This document shows, in pieces, positions 27,090 to 38,375 of a stretch of 64,000 nucleotides of DNA; the stretch's first letter is position 1; each line of letters opens with the position of its first letter. The stretch lies in the NCBI GenBank assembly GCA_034780895.1, contig JAUZTB010000118.1, forward strand, positions 26,893,926 through 26,957,925, in the 5' to 3' direction. The notes under the pieces are model-generated. The model did no database searches, was not told where the DNA came from, and saw only the letters and a program-made list of their open reading frames with translations. The translations under genes were made by a program, and so were the position numbers. Source of the stretch: Rhynchobatus australiae (lineage: Eukaryota).

Positions 27090-27630
27090 AATGTTCAAGT
27101 GGCAAAGGGGAATTGGAGAGGGACAGTAATCCAGATCAGAAAGAAAGGGAAAGAATGGAGGGATGAGGAAGGGCAGGAGGAAACCAGTAATCAAAAGTGA
27201 AAGGGCAATAATGTAGAGTAGAGAGCAGAAAGCAGAAAGAAATAGTAATTCAGTCTGGAAGAAAGAGAGGACTGCATTCAGAAATGGGAGAATGAGGGGT
27301 ACCAGTAATTTAGAGTAATACGGGAGGAATATTCCAAAAAGGGACAGAGGGGAACAGGAATCCAGGAAGGGAAAGGGAGGAGAAATGACAGGCCAGAGAG
27401 GGAAGGAGAATGGGAACAGGAATCCAGCAAGGAAAAGTGGAAGGAACAATATTCCAGAGTAGGAAGGAGATGGGGATCAGTGATCTAGAGTGGGAAGGAG
27501 GAATTGAGGAGTATTCTAGAAGAGGGAGGAAGGAATCAGCGGTTTTCCAAAGTGGGAAGGAACAATAATCCGGAGCGGAAAATAAAGAAGGGAGGGAATG
27601 GAGAGAAACAGTAATCAAGAATGGGGATTA
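27090..27630 (+). repeat. Purine-rich degenerate minisatellite (recurrent cagtaatccagagtgggaagga-like motif)
   Basis: Repeated cagtaatc/cagtaatt/caggaatcca/caataatcc cores in a strongly G/A-rich tract. Confidence 0.7.
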
Positions 27631-27975
27631 TGACTGAAGATTGGAAAAATTATTCCACTAAGCCGGAATGAGGTATGGAGGGATTTGCAGAGGAACATCT
27701 GGGTCTTAATATCAACAAACGGGGGGAGTGGGGTCATGACCAGTGGGATGTAGGCGGCTCCTTCATAGAGGCATTTCAGGAACAATTAAAGAGGTGGCAT
27801 CTCACACTGCTCTGAAAGGGAGACAGACTGGGTACAAATAAGAAACTTTCAACCCATCATTAACAATAACTAACAGCACAAATAAATTCCCAAACTCTGG
27901 CAGCTGCTGTGAGAAGTAGGAAGATCCTTAAACCTTTCACTGTTCATGTATATTCAGACAATTAACCTGTGTGTA

Positions 27976-28420
27976 CCAACACACAAAATGCTGGAGGAAC
28001 TCAGTGGGTCAGGCAGCATCCATGGAGGACTGGAGAGAAAGAGGGGAGATAGCCAGTATAGTAAGGTGCGGGGGGAAGGGGTGGAGCAAGAGCTAGCAGG
28101 TGGATCCAGCTGAGGGGGGTGATAGGCAGATGAGGGAGTGGGGAGAGTGGGAATGATGTAAGAAGCTGAGAGGAGATAAAGCGACAAAGGGCTGTAGAAG
28201 ATGGAATCTGATAGGAGAGGACAGTTGGACCATGGAATAAAGGGAAGAGGAGGGGAACTGGAGGGAGGAATGTATGGATGATGGGCAGATCAAGAGGGCA
28301 GGGGAGGAGGAAGAGATGGGGTGATGGGGCCAGTGGGATAAGGGGAAAAGGGGGACAGAAGAAAGTGGTTACCAGAAGTTAGAGAAATCGATGTTCACAC
28401 CATCAGGTTGGAGACTACCA
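27976..28420 (-). mobile_element. 5'-truncated Penelope-like retroelement (GIY-YIG C-terminus plus 3' region) with a 12-bp TSD
   Basis: Minus 28419-28369 encodes GSLQPDGVNIDFSNFW*, resembling PLE GIY-YIG C-termini. Perfect flanking direct repeat aacctgtgtgta at 27964-27975 and 28421-28432. The hammerhead segment is deleted. Confidence 0.85.
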
Positions 28421-28685
28421 AACCTGTGTGTATGTCAAGACTTGAAGGCACACTACCTCACATCCCACCATGAAACCCCACCACCACAGGGAAATTACAT
28501 GCATCTTAATAAAGGTAAGAAAACAAAAAGGGCCAAGGGTCTATCTCGCATGTGATTTTCTGCTTTAAAGTCAGGTTCTAATGATTTAGAGAAATAAACA
28601 AGTCATAGGGCAGAACTTCCTACTCAATTATCATAAAAAGATAGCCTTTCAATTGTCAAGAATTAACATTTCAGTATTAACTCAC

Positions 28686-28873
28686 CTGGCTTGTTTGTGG
28701 ATTGGACGGCCCGCAGCCAAGTTGTACGAAGTTCTTTGCTGTGTCCTGAGGGGTAAGATGCGGTGGGTATCTGATTGTAGGGTGCGAGAAGTAACTACTG
28801 GGAGCAGGAGGGAGAATGGAGGAGGCTGAAAAATGTAGCGGTGATGGAGGAGGTGGGCTTCTTGTTGAGATGA
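28686..28873 (-). CDS. NFIB: NFIB exon 8 equivalent, 188 nt: (V)[62 protein letters not shown]
   Basis: Acceptor cttttctgtttctag, donor gtgagt. Proline-rich activation region with the diagnostic [21 protein letters not shown]. Phase 1-0. Confidence 0.96.
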
Positions 28874-29929
28874 CTAGAAACAGAAAAGAAAAAGTTAAAG
28901 AAATTTTCTAGAGTGCAAATTTCTTGTATACCACTGACCTTATCTGTATATCTCATATTTTCATTTCCTGCAACAGTGAACATTGTTTCTGTGCATAATA
29001 TGAGCTTAGTAAAGGCTTCTGTATATTGCAAAAAATAATAAAGACTTAAGGAAGTATAACTCAGTACAGAAAATATTCTGACTAAATAAACCCCTAGCAT
29101 CCAGTCAATATTCTATGTACCATAGTGGTTTGCAATTGTTTAACAGATTTGTTGTTATGATCATTTAAGCCAGTTAATTCAAAGTGTACTGTTCCCTTTG
29201 ATGGATGTCGCTGAAGCACACTTATTTGTCCTTTTTGCATAACTCTTTCAAAGGAAAACTACTCAGATGAGAATAATTCAATTACTATTTTTGAAAAACA
29301 CAAACACAATTCATGAAGAACTATATGCACATAATTCAGAGTGCTAAACTTCAAGATTTTTTCTTGTTAAAATCAAAAAATTAAACTCTTCTACTGTTAG
29401 TAAGCATGAATATCGAATCCTTCAGGAAAACAAGTCATTTTATCTTAAATTTTCCATTAGTTATATTTATTATTGAGTCAATGTGTAGAAAAAGACGATG
29501 CAAGTTGATACAGGTTATATCTGATGTAGCCTCTTCCTTATTCTGTTTTCTTTCAGCAGACTCATTCTGCATATGTTTCCAAGACTCCAGCAGAAATTTA
29601 TTCATCTGTTTGTCGAGACCAAAGAGGTAACAAATAGCCAGGTTCCCCTCAAGCTTCAATGTGCACTGCACAGCACAAAACACAAATGGACACCTAAACA
29701 GCCATGCTCTGAATACTGAGTGCACTCTCCAACTGTGATTTTGCACTGTGCAACAGTTAAAGTGGTCAAGTGAAATGTTCTTGGTTGAAATGAAATCTCC
29801 CCAACCTGTTTAAGAGGAAAATGTAATGTGCATCATCAAAAAAAGGCCCCTGAGAGGATGGTGCATCAACTGTATTTTCCAATTTGTTTGCATTTACTTA
29901 ATACACAGATAAAGTATGAATTGAATTAC

Positions 29930-30058
29930 CACTGTGTCCTGGGATGCCAGGGTGATGATGCGGTGGGAAAGTACTCAGTCGTGGTGATGAACCTTGTGGA
30001 GATGTGGGGTCACTATATATTGGCTTCTCGGGCTTCTTCATTGTAGGAGATGACATTT
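29930..30058 (-). CDS. NFIB: NFIB exon 7 equivalent, 129 nt: (E)[42 protein letters not shown]
   Basis: Acceptor ctatgacttggtag, donor gtaatt. Matches recalled [49 protein letters not shown]. Phase 1-1. Confidence 0.95.
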
Positions 30059-30549
30059 CTACCAAGTCATAGATAGAAATATGAAAACAGGTAAATACTT
30101 ATATACAGGTGTATTAGACCACTTTAGAAAGGTGCATTGTTTCAGTACTATTTTGCCTATACCTCAGGAGAACCCGCTATTACCACTTTTGGGTCAACTG
30201 ATGTGAATCACCTGCATCTGTGATGAACCAAAGTCCAAACAAAAAATAGCAGAGAAAGATGGTTAATAAAATTCTACCAGGACAATTCTTAAAATGCAAA
30301 GACTACTATTTGGAATCCACTTCTCACCCTAACAATCCAGAAACTTCCATCAGCAAACTAAAAGCAAAAGACATGGTAATGAAATTACTACAACCAATTA
30401 AAATAATTTTGCTGCTGCTTTGTCTTTTAACTCAAGAAAGGAAGGAAGAGTTTGGAGCATTCTGCATGAATACATTGAAGTGCAGTTAATTTAGGGGAAT
30501 ATGTCAGCTAATAAGGTCTCATGAACAACAATAAAATTATCAAATCATT

Positions 30550-30800
30550 CCCTTTAACAGTGTTGGTAAGGAATACATATCAATAAGGACACTGGGTGAC
30601 CTTCTCTTGAATGGAACCATATTCTGCCCAAATAAGAAAGCAGGTAAGAACTTTGCTTGTCACCTCATCCAAAAGACTAAGCCCTTGCAGTGCAGCACTC
30701 TAACATTGCTACAAGGAAGTTCCATTTTGGACTATATGTTCAACTTTGCAGAATGTGAGCACTGGAGACAAGAGTATGACCGACACCTTATGCCAGTAAT
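30550..30800 (-). mobile_element. Decayed DeuSINE-like element
   Basis: cacctcatccaaaagac...gcagtgcagcactc is the reverse complement of the Deu core seen at 61.5 kb. Confidence 0.55.
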
Positions 30801-31294
30801 CTGGGAACCAGTAGCCTGTGAACAAAAAGCTAAAACTGGTAATACATGGTATATCTGTGGATAATTTATTTTCAGGTGGGGAAAAGAAATCAACTGATTT
30901 TATTGGCAGACCTATTGGTGAATCACTAATCAAGGAAAGAGTTAACAGAAGAATCCTCTTAAACTCCTGTGATCAAAAATCCTTGGTTGAAGGTTAGCTA
31001 TCAGGATGGGTCATAGAAAGCTGTACTTTGTTTAACATAAGACCAGTGCAGATGAAACATGTTTGAGGTTTGGTTTGTTTCAAAGCTCAGGTAGATGAGA
31101 AGCACGTTTATGTCATTTTATTATACATCATAAGAAAAAATCTGTATTTAAGTAAATATGCTTTGACTATGGCTATCATTTTGCACACTAACTTGCTGAC
31201 TGTGAAATTAAGCAGTTTAATGATTCAGATTCTGGCCTGTCCTCAACAAATTATTTTCAGTTCACTTACTAAAAGTTTGGAAAAGCATACATGA

Positions 31295-32900
31295 GGGCAG
31301 AAATTTATTTGCACGGGAAACCATTTCTGAAAATAATATTGCATGGAGATCCATGCCAGTTTGTCATCGCACCTTTTGCAATGATTTGTCCATCTAAAGA
31401 ATGTGATCAACCTATTTTTCATGAAAGCCTATTGTTAGGATGAATAACTTCAGGACTACCAGACAGGGTACTAATTGAAGTTGTACTTGTGACCATTAAA
31501 ATGAAATGTCCAATGCCTCAAAGTCATTAAGCATGTTGAGGAAGTGGAAGGATGCAGAGTCACTCAGGGAATATGCACTCACTTCTCAGAGGAAGCCTTG
31601 AGCATTCCTGTAGAAGAGAGGTCCTGGAAGCCAGTCAGGATATAGCATTGGAAAAAGATCATCATGGAAGTCAATGCAATGAGCAATCTCCCCTGACCTA
31701 GTTCCAGTTCAAGAAAAAATTTAAGAACCTTGCGTGTGTAACCAAGGTCAGAGTTACAGAAACACATTCTATCCATGCACATTTACCATTACTTACATAA
31801 ATACCTTGCATACCCTTTGTTATTCAACATTACATATAAATATTGTGATACCTTTAACATACTTCCCTCTTTTTAAAAGGAAAAGGCTGCAAGCAACAGC
31901 CAACTGCAGCAGCACCTTGTAAGGGGACCCTACAATGGTCAGGGTCTTCCTGAGGAGAGGGTGCTTATGAGTGTGAGCTGTGCTGCAATGGAGAACGTTG
32001 TAAGTTCAGAGTTCAATGNNNNNNNNNNNNNNNNNNNNNNNNNNNNNNNNNNNNNNNNNNNNNNNNNNNNNNNNNNNNNNNNNNNNNNNNNNNNNNNNNN
32101 NNNNNNNNNNNATGCAAATGAATGAATTTACTTGGCCTCAGCCATTAGGGAAGCAGTGTGTTAAAGTGGTCATACAGGCAAGGCACACAGAAGTTAGGCA
32201 TGGTTTTCGTCCTATCTGGATTTAAAAGTTAGTTGGTATTTTGCTTTAATTGTGCTCATCACTTGTGTTTAAGCTGATGTTTAGAGAATGAAGGACAGAG
32301 TAATGGGAATATGGAGACCACCACTTTGGGGTTGGGTTTCCCTTAATTCATGGGAGATGCACCCAACTTTGGTGTCAGTATTCATTGATGATCTTATGGC
32401 ACTGAGGATGTGGAGAAGTCACCTCCCTGACCTGCTGCAGTACTTGTTCTAAAGTAACTCCTGCAGTTCTGTTACATCGAGCAGCTCCAACAATGCAAAT
32501 GAACAGCCTTAGAGAACTTGCAATGGATTTCCACATTACACTTGGAGGGCACCTTGCATGTGTAACAAATTTCACGAAATTAATGTCTTGTTCTTTTATG
32601 TAGTACAGGTTGAGGGATATTGCAACCAATGGGTCACAGGTGGTCAGCAGTGAATTGGGTTGTTGATAGATAGGTTTGGCACCCAAGAGTGTTACTTAGT
32701 CCTGAATAAATCCAAGCTTCTTCAACATCTTCAGGTAACATTCTTCAGACCCTATTTCCTTAAGATGATGTATTACTTGCATCTATGATGCCCAAGTGAC
32801 ATGCCTGGTGCCAAATGACCATTGCCTAATGGTTGGTGTCACCAGTCGGTACATCAGGCATGACCACACAGTACAAATAAACAAGTAGCATAAAGTGCAC
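31295..32900 (+). mobile_element. Decayed Harbinger-like relic with a Myb/SANT-like ORF remnant (boundaries approximate)
   Basis: 31580-31750 translates in pieces as FSEEAL...WKKIIMEVNAMS.../LT*FQFKKKFKNLACVTK, resembling Myb/SANT (MSANTD-type) W..IA..VNA....RT..QC.KKF.DL. Confidence 0.5.
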
Positions 32901-34589
32901 ATTACTTTGCTCATCACAAGTTGTGAATTGAATTACAGACAAGTGGGAGCATGTAGTCAAAGAAAATATCTGCTGTGTGAATGTATGTCTGGGCTGTGAC
33001 ATCCAGTTAGAACAATGTTTTTGTTAATCTTCCTCTCCTTTGCTTTCATCTCCATCAGATATTGGATAACACAAGCACAAGCACTGTATCACTTAGCACC
33101 ACTGACTCAGGAAAATGAGCTCATTCATCTTAACCCAGAATTTGATTATAAAAGTAACTATGAATTTGTTCCGTTGTATGAAAATTAAGTGCAGCATGTT
33201 AAACTTTATCGAGAACAATCTTCACGGTAAAAATATTTGACTACATTCAAGTCATTGTTTAAAGCTGTAGCCAAGGCACATCACATATGAGAAGAACCAA
33301 GTATTATATGTCTGCACATGGTGAAAAGAATATCAAATGGCTTATTTTTAAAAAAACTTTTATCCATTAGAAAAGTTATGGTTGAAAAAGTCTAATCGGT
33401 TTTTGCCTCAACTACATTCTAACTAAAGGAATTCAATGTGCAGTGAGTTGTTCCATGTGCAATGTATGAACAGAAAACAATTTCATTGTGCTTGTTTACC
33501 TCCTCCTGACTTCTCCTCCATTCCAGCTTTCTGTTTCATTTATCCTCATAAACTCATCTACTTTCCTTTTGGAAGCACTTAAACCATTTTCCACAAACAC
33601 TTCCTGGGGCAGCAGTTTTCACATAATTACCACTCTCTGAGTCAAGATCATTTGTCCTGAGTTACCTATTAAACCGATCAACAAGTTTCTTGGAGTCCTA
33701 ATTTTCCAAAACAAAAATATTCTCTTTGCACACTGCCAAGCCAATCCATTCATAATTTTAAAGATCTTCATTAGATTCCCTCAAAGTTTTCTATTTTCCA
33801 AAAAAAAATCAAACTCACTCAGTAGTTATATCCTCTTAGTTCTGGTACCATCAATGCATATCTTTTATTAATTTTTTCTAGCATCTCTTTGTCCTGTAGG
33901 TGGTGTGGAGATGAGCTACAGGCTGGTCCCAACCCACATTATGTACAATTTTAACACTACATATAATTTAATACTCCAAGAAGTGTACCCTAATTTATTA
34001 CAATGTTTTGCTTAATTTTAACCTTGCTTAACCTTGACCTCATGCTCTTCTATCCCATCCAGTTTATTTCTCAACCAAATCAAACTTTCACATGTTACAT
34101 TCTCTTAGTTCTGGTACCATCGATGATTCCTTTAATGAATTGCATTATATTTTCTTGTGCAATCATTCGTTAGTCACTGCCCAGTGCAGGTTTTCTGAAT
34201 GGATGGCTGGGATAAGATAAAAAAAAGAGTTCCCACTGCATTCCTCAATAAATGAAGTTTCATTCATCTTTACAGGATCAATTATAAATGCAGAAAAGCA
34301 TCATCATAACTTAAAGCAATTGATAAGTTCACAAAACTGATCACAAGTATTCATTTAAAGGAACAAAAAACCTATTGCTCTCAAAATCCAGTGCGTGTTC
34401 ATATGTGGAAAACATGAGCACATTTAGTTGGAGACACAAGAGATTCTACAGATGCTGGAAATCTGNNNNNNNNNNNNNNNNNNNNNNNNNNNNNNNNNNN
34501 NNNNNNNNNNNNNNNNNNNNNNNNNNNNNNNNNNNNNNNNNNNNNNNNNNNNNNNNNNNNNNNNNGAAAACATGAGCACATTTAGTTGG

Positions 34590-34750
34590 AGACACAAGAG
34601 ATTCTACAGATGCTGGAATCTGGAGCAACACTCACAAAATGCTGGAGGAACTCAGCATGTTAGGCAGCATCTATGGACGGAAATAAACAGTCGACATTTC
34701 GGGTCAAGACCCTTCGTCAGAACTGGAAGGGAAGAGGGTAGAAGCCAGAA
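34590..34750 (-). mobile_element. 5'-truncated Penelope-like element end (family A) containing the hammerhead
   Basis: Shares gacacaagagattct..gatgctggaatctgga..acaaaatgctggaggaactcagca with the copies at 27976 and 63801. Confidence 0.8.
34688..34725 (-). ncRNA. Minimal type-I hammerhead ribozyme motif with intact core, inside a PLE end
   Basis: Minus strand reads CAGUU-CUGACGA-A-GGGU(CUUG)ACCC-GAAA-UG-UC^GACUG. Stem I has 5 bp, stem II 4 bp, core CUGANGA/GAAA/GUC, and a vestigial stem III (AUGU, probably from ACGU). Confidence 0.75.
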
Positions 34751-35419
34751 CAATCTACAACAAATTGCAGAAGTCACACATAACACGCTGATCTTTCTTT
34801 TAAAAGCGTCACCTGCTTGGAGAAACAAGGCACAGTGGTGTCACTCAACTAGAGGCCTTTCATCATTCAGTCCACCCGTTTTACCAAATAATCACAGCAG
34901 ATCAGGACTGTTTAAATGGTACAACCTGTCCGATGACACCACACCTGGGAGAATCCACCTCCCAGTAGTATAGCAAGGGACTGGCCTTGTTGGAAAGTGG
35001 ATAGAAGGTGACCAGCTTGGTGAGCAACTAGTGACTCCACCAACCTGGATACCCCTCAACCAGAAGTTACATGAATAACTTCCAAGATGTGAACTGGGCA
35101 ATCTGGTACATCATGTTAGAATGTGGAACTTCTTCCCACAAGCAGAAGGCAGAGATGAATATGTTTTGTCTATAGCATTAGATGAAGTAAGGTGGATTCG
35201 ATGTGTTGTATAAGCAGCACGTAAATCTGTGGAGGCACAAAGTCCCTTTTAATGTTGCAGTTTCTATGCATTTCCACGTGGTGCNNNNNNNNNNNNNNNN
35301 NNNNNNNNNNNNNNNNNNNNNNNNNNNNNNNNNNNNNNNNNNNNNNNNNNNNNNNNNNNNNNNNNNNNNNNNNNNNNNNNNNNNNNNNNNNNNNNNNNNN
35401 NNNNNNNNNNNNNNNNNNN

Positions 35420-35650
35420 TGTGCATTCTCCCCGTGTCAGCGTGGGTTTCCTCCAGGTGCTCCTGTTTCCTCTCACATTCCAAAGATGTACAGGTTAGGA
35501 AGTTGTGGGCATGCTATGTTGGCACCGGAAGAGTGGCGACACTTGCGGGCTGCCCCCCCCAGCACATTCTTAGCAACGCAAAAAGACATATTTCACTGTG
35601 TGTTTCATTGTACATGTGAATAATAAATAAATATCTTATCTTATCTTAGA
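35420..35650 (+). mobile_element. V-SINE, same subfamily as 5750-6032 (5' end lies in a gap)
   Basis: gcattctccccgtgtcagcgtgggtttcctcc...ggcgacacttgcgggctgcccc...tacatgtgaaataataaat(atctt)n. Confidence 0.85.
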
Positions 35651-36279
35651 TTCCACCCCACTGCAGGCTCCTTTGTTGTGATGGCTGTGCTGTTACCTGT
35701 CAGGAGTGTCTATGCACACAAGTCCTGGCCGTTTCTGGTGCTCAGCTGCAGACCATTGCTGGCTAGGGGTTGGGTCAGTTTGCCAATTTCTCCTATGTAC
35801 GGGTACAGTAATGGGACCTCAGTCTTCCCATGACTGTGGCGGGGTTCCAGAGCCTGCTTGGTGTAGGCGTGTAGTTAGTGAGCCATGTCTGACACAGCAC
35901 CAGGAGTGGAAGTGCTGGTGTCCAGGGAGCGATGGCTTCCTTCTCCTGGTAGCCTTGATGACTGCGCATATCTGAAGTGCAATTTGGCTTAATTCTATTT
36001 AAAGGTTGCTTTGCAAGTGAACCTATCTGCTTGCAATGTTGATGCAATGCAGTGTGATGTCTTACTTTGGGAGCTGTGAGAAGCGAAGAGTGGATTTATT
36101 TTGAATAGCGAGGTTGTAATGCATTGAATGTGGATGATGTGCTCATACTTTGTGGAGAATTGTATTCAGTTGGTGGGAGGGGATAGACAAGCTGTTTGTG
36201 GAGTGGCGCTGGGCAGGGGTGGACGGGTGCAGTCAAACACATGATTTATCTTGGAGTCACCCTGACAGTACTGATCACA

Positions 36280-36420
36280 TCAACAAAAGTATGGATAGGA
36301 AAAGTTTAGAGGGATATGGGCCAAGCATGGGGAAATGGGACTAGCTTAGATAGTCATCTTGGTCAGCATGGATGGGCTGGGCTGAAGGGCTTGTATCCTT
36401 GCTGTATTACTCTTATAACC
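36280..36420 (+). mobile_element. CR1-type LINE 3' UTR fragment
   Basis: atggataggaaaagtttagagggatatgggccaa...gggctgaagggcttgtatccttgctgta; the same family occurs on the minus strand at 44465-44560. Confidence 0.7.
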
Positions 36421-37489
36421 ACATTAAAAATCAAAGCAAGAGTTAACCTACTATGGAGTGCCAGTGACTTTGTACTATGTTCATCACCACTTGTACTGCT
36501 TTATTTTGGCTCAGACAACTGACATGGTAAACTAGTGCAACACCAAATATCGTGGCACAATGAACTGAGCGTCAGGCATGCTTCACCTCACTAAACTCCT
36601 CTGGTTTCCAGTCCTCATCTCTGTACACAAACAATGAAGCATACTTACTAGCCAGAGTCCATTATAATTCAATGCTTCCAGCACACCCACTATCATACAT
36701 CTCCACTCAGGACATCCAGCCTTTCAAAACCCATTGACTCGTCTTCTTTACTTGATGGCATGAAGAATGGTTAGTGTAAGCTCCTGTCAATCAGCATATC
36801 ATCTGAAACCAGAACCAGTCAACCAGAATTGAACTGGCCATGCTGTGGACACTTCCAACCTGTACAGTGTCTCAAATGTACACCAATGGGGTCTTTGTTA
36901 TGGCAACAAATATCCTTCTGGACAATGTCAAACCACGTGCCACGAATTTCACTCCAGCCCACTGACAACCTGGTGGTCTTTAAGCTTTTCATACTATATT
37001 GACATTGCCTTATGTTGGTGTAAGTAATATGCTGAAAACCTACAGCATAACTCGTTAACTTTTCCTCCACATCTGCACTGAGTATTTCTAAGCTCTAGGA
37101 AGGTAAGGCATTGTGTAAGATTGATTACCATTGCAAAGAAAGGCCTCAAACATTAACAGCTTTAACACAGACATGGGCCAGTGAGATAAACAAGATGCAC
37201 TCACTGTAATGTAACTGCCACAACAAAGTTCATTCGACTTTGAAATCTGTGTTGATGAAAGGCGCACATCAATTAATATTACCTTTCCTTTTGTTCAAGT
37301 ACCATTGAATGGGTAGAAAGGGACAAGAGGAATATCACACTGATTTAGACATGAAAACAGAAAGCTTACTTTTTGATATGGCCATTGACAAAGATAATCA
37401 TTGGATAAATAAAAAGAGAATGTACAAAATTACTGCATTAACATTTTGTACTCTACCTTATAAAGCCATTTTCATTACCACTGTAGCTT

Positions 37490-37765
37490 AGGAGCATGGA
37501 AGCAAGGAGAGGTGTGGACCATGAAGCCCTTTAAACCTGCCCTACATTCAAACGATCATGGCCAATCTCTATCTTAATACCACATTCCTGCTTTCTCTCC
37601 ACATATCCCTTTGATGCCTTTTGTGTGCAGAAATCCATCTACCTTCTTAAATATTTCCAGTGACTTGGCCTTCAGTGGTAGAGAATTCCACAGGTTCACC
37701 ACCATCTGGGTAAAGATATTTCTCATCTCAGTTCTAAATATTTTATCCCACAGCCCGAGTCTTTN
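37490..37765 (-). mobile_element. CR1 LINE 3' end
   Basis: ggtagagaattccacaggttcaccaccatctgggtaaag is the reverse complement of the CR1 C-terminus; a CR1 3' UTR follows. Confidence 0.75.
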
Positions 37766-37999
37766 NNNNNNNNNNNNNNNNNNNNNNNNNNNNNNNNNNN
37801 NNNNNNNNNNNNNNNNNNNNNNNNNNNNNNNNNNNNNNNNNNNNNNNNNNNNNNNNNNNNNNNNACCACTTTATTCTGCATTCAGTTACTGATTTTCCCT
37901 TGTACTACCTCGTACTGATGTGATGAAATGATCTGTATGAATGGAGTGCAAAACAGTTTTTCACTGTTCCTCAGTCCATGTGACAATTATGAATCAATT

Positions 38000-38375
38000 T
38001 ACCCTCAGTTGCACCCCTCGAACAATGCAGCACTTCCTCAGTACTTTCCCTCTGACACTGCAGTGCTCCCTCTATACTGCCCCTCAATAGTGTGGCACTC
38101 TGTGCTGTTCTTCTAATAATGCACTAATCTTTTAGTACAACACCACTGACATGAGCGCTCCCTCAGTACCGTCCCCTCAAAGTGTTGCGTCCCCTCAGTT
38201 TTGTACCATTGACAGTGAAGCTTCCATTCATACTGCTCCTGTTCGTGCATGCTCCCTCTTTGCCCAGTGACACCATGGCACTCTCTCAGTTCTGTGTCTC
38301 CCAAGTCCCTCAGTATTGCACCTGTGACAGTGTGACATACCCTCAGTACTGCAGCCCTAACAGTGCAGCATTGCC
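38000..38375 (+). repeat. Degenerate ~30-bp tandem repeat (cctcagtactgcccctctgacagtgcagcactc-like)
   Basis: Recurrent cctcagtac / cagtgcagca motifs at roughly regular spacing. Confidence 0.7.

Noticed and set aside
27021-27618. Hydrophobic 142-aa and 102-aa ORFs resembling membrane proteins
   Set aside because: Artefact of translating a polypyrimidine low-complexity tract.
34407-34620. Identical ~55-bp sequence on both sides of a 100-N gap, resembling a tandem PLE duplication
   Set aside because: An exact duplicate flanking a fixed-size gap is most likely an unmerged contig overlap (assembly artefact).
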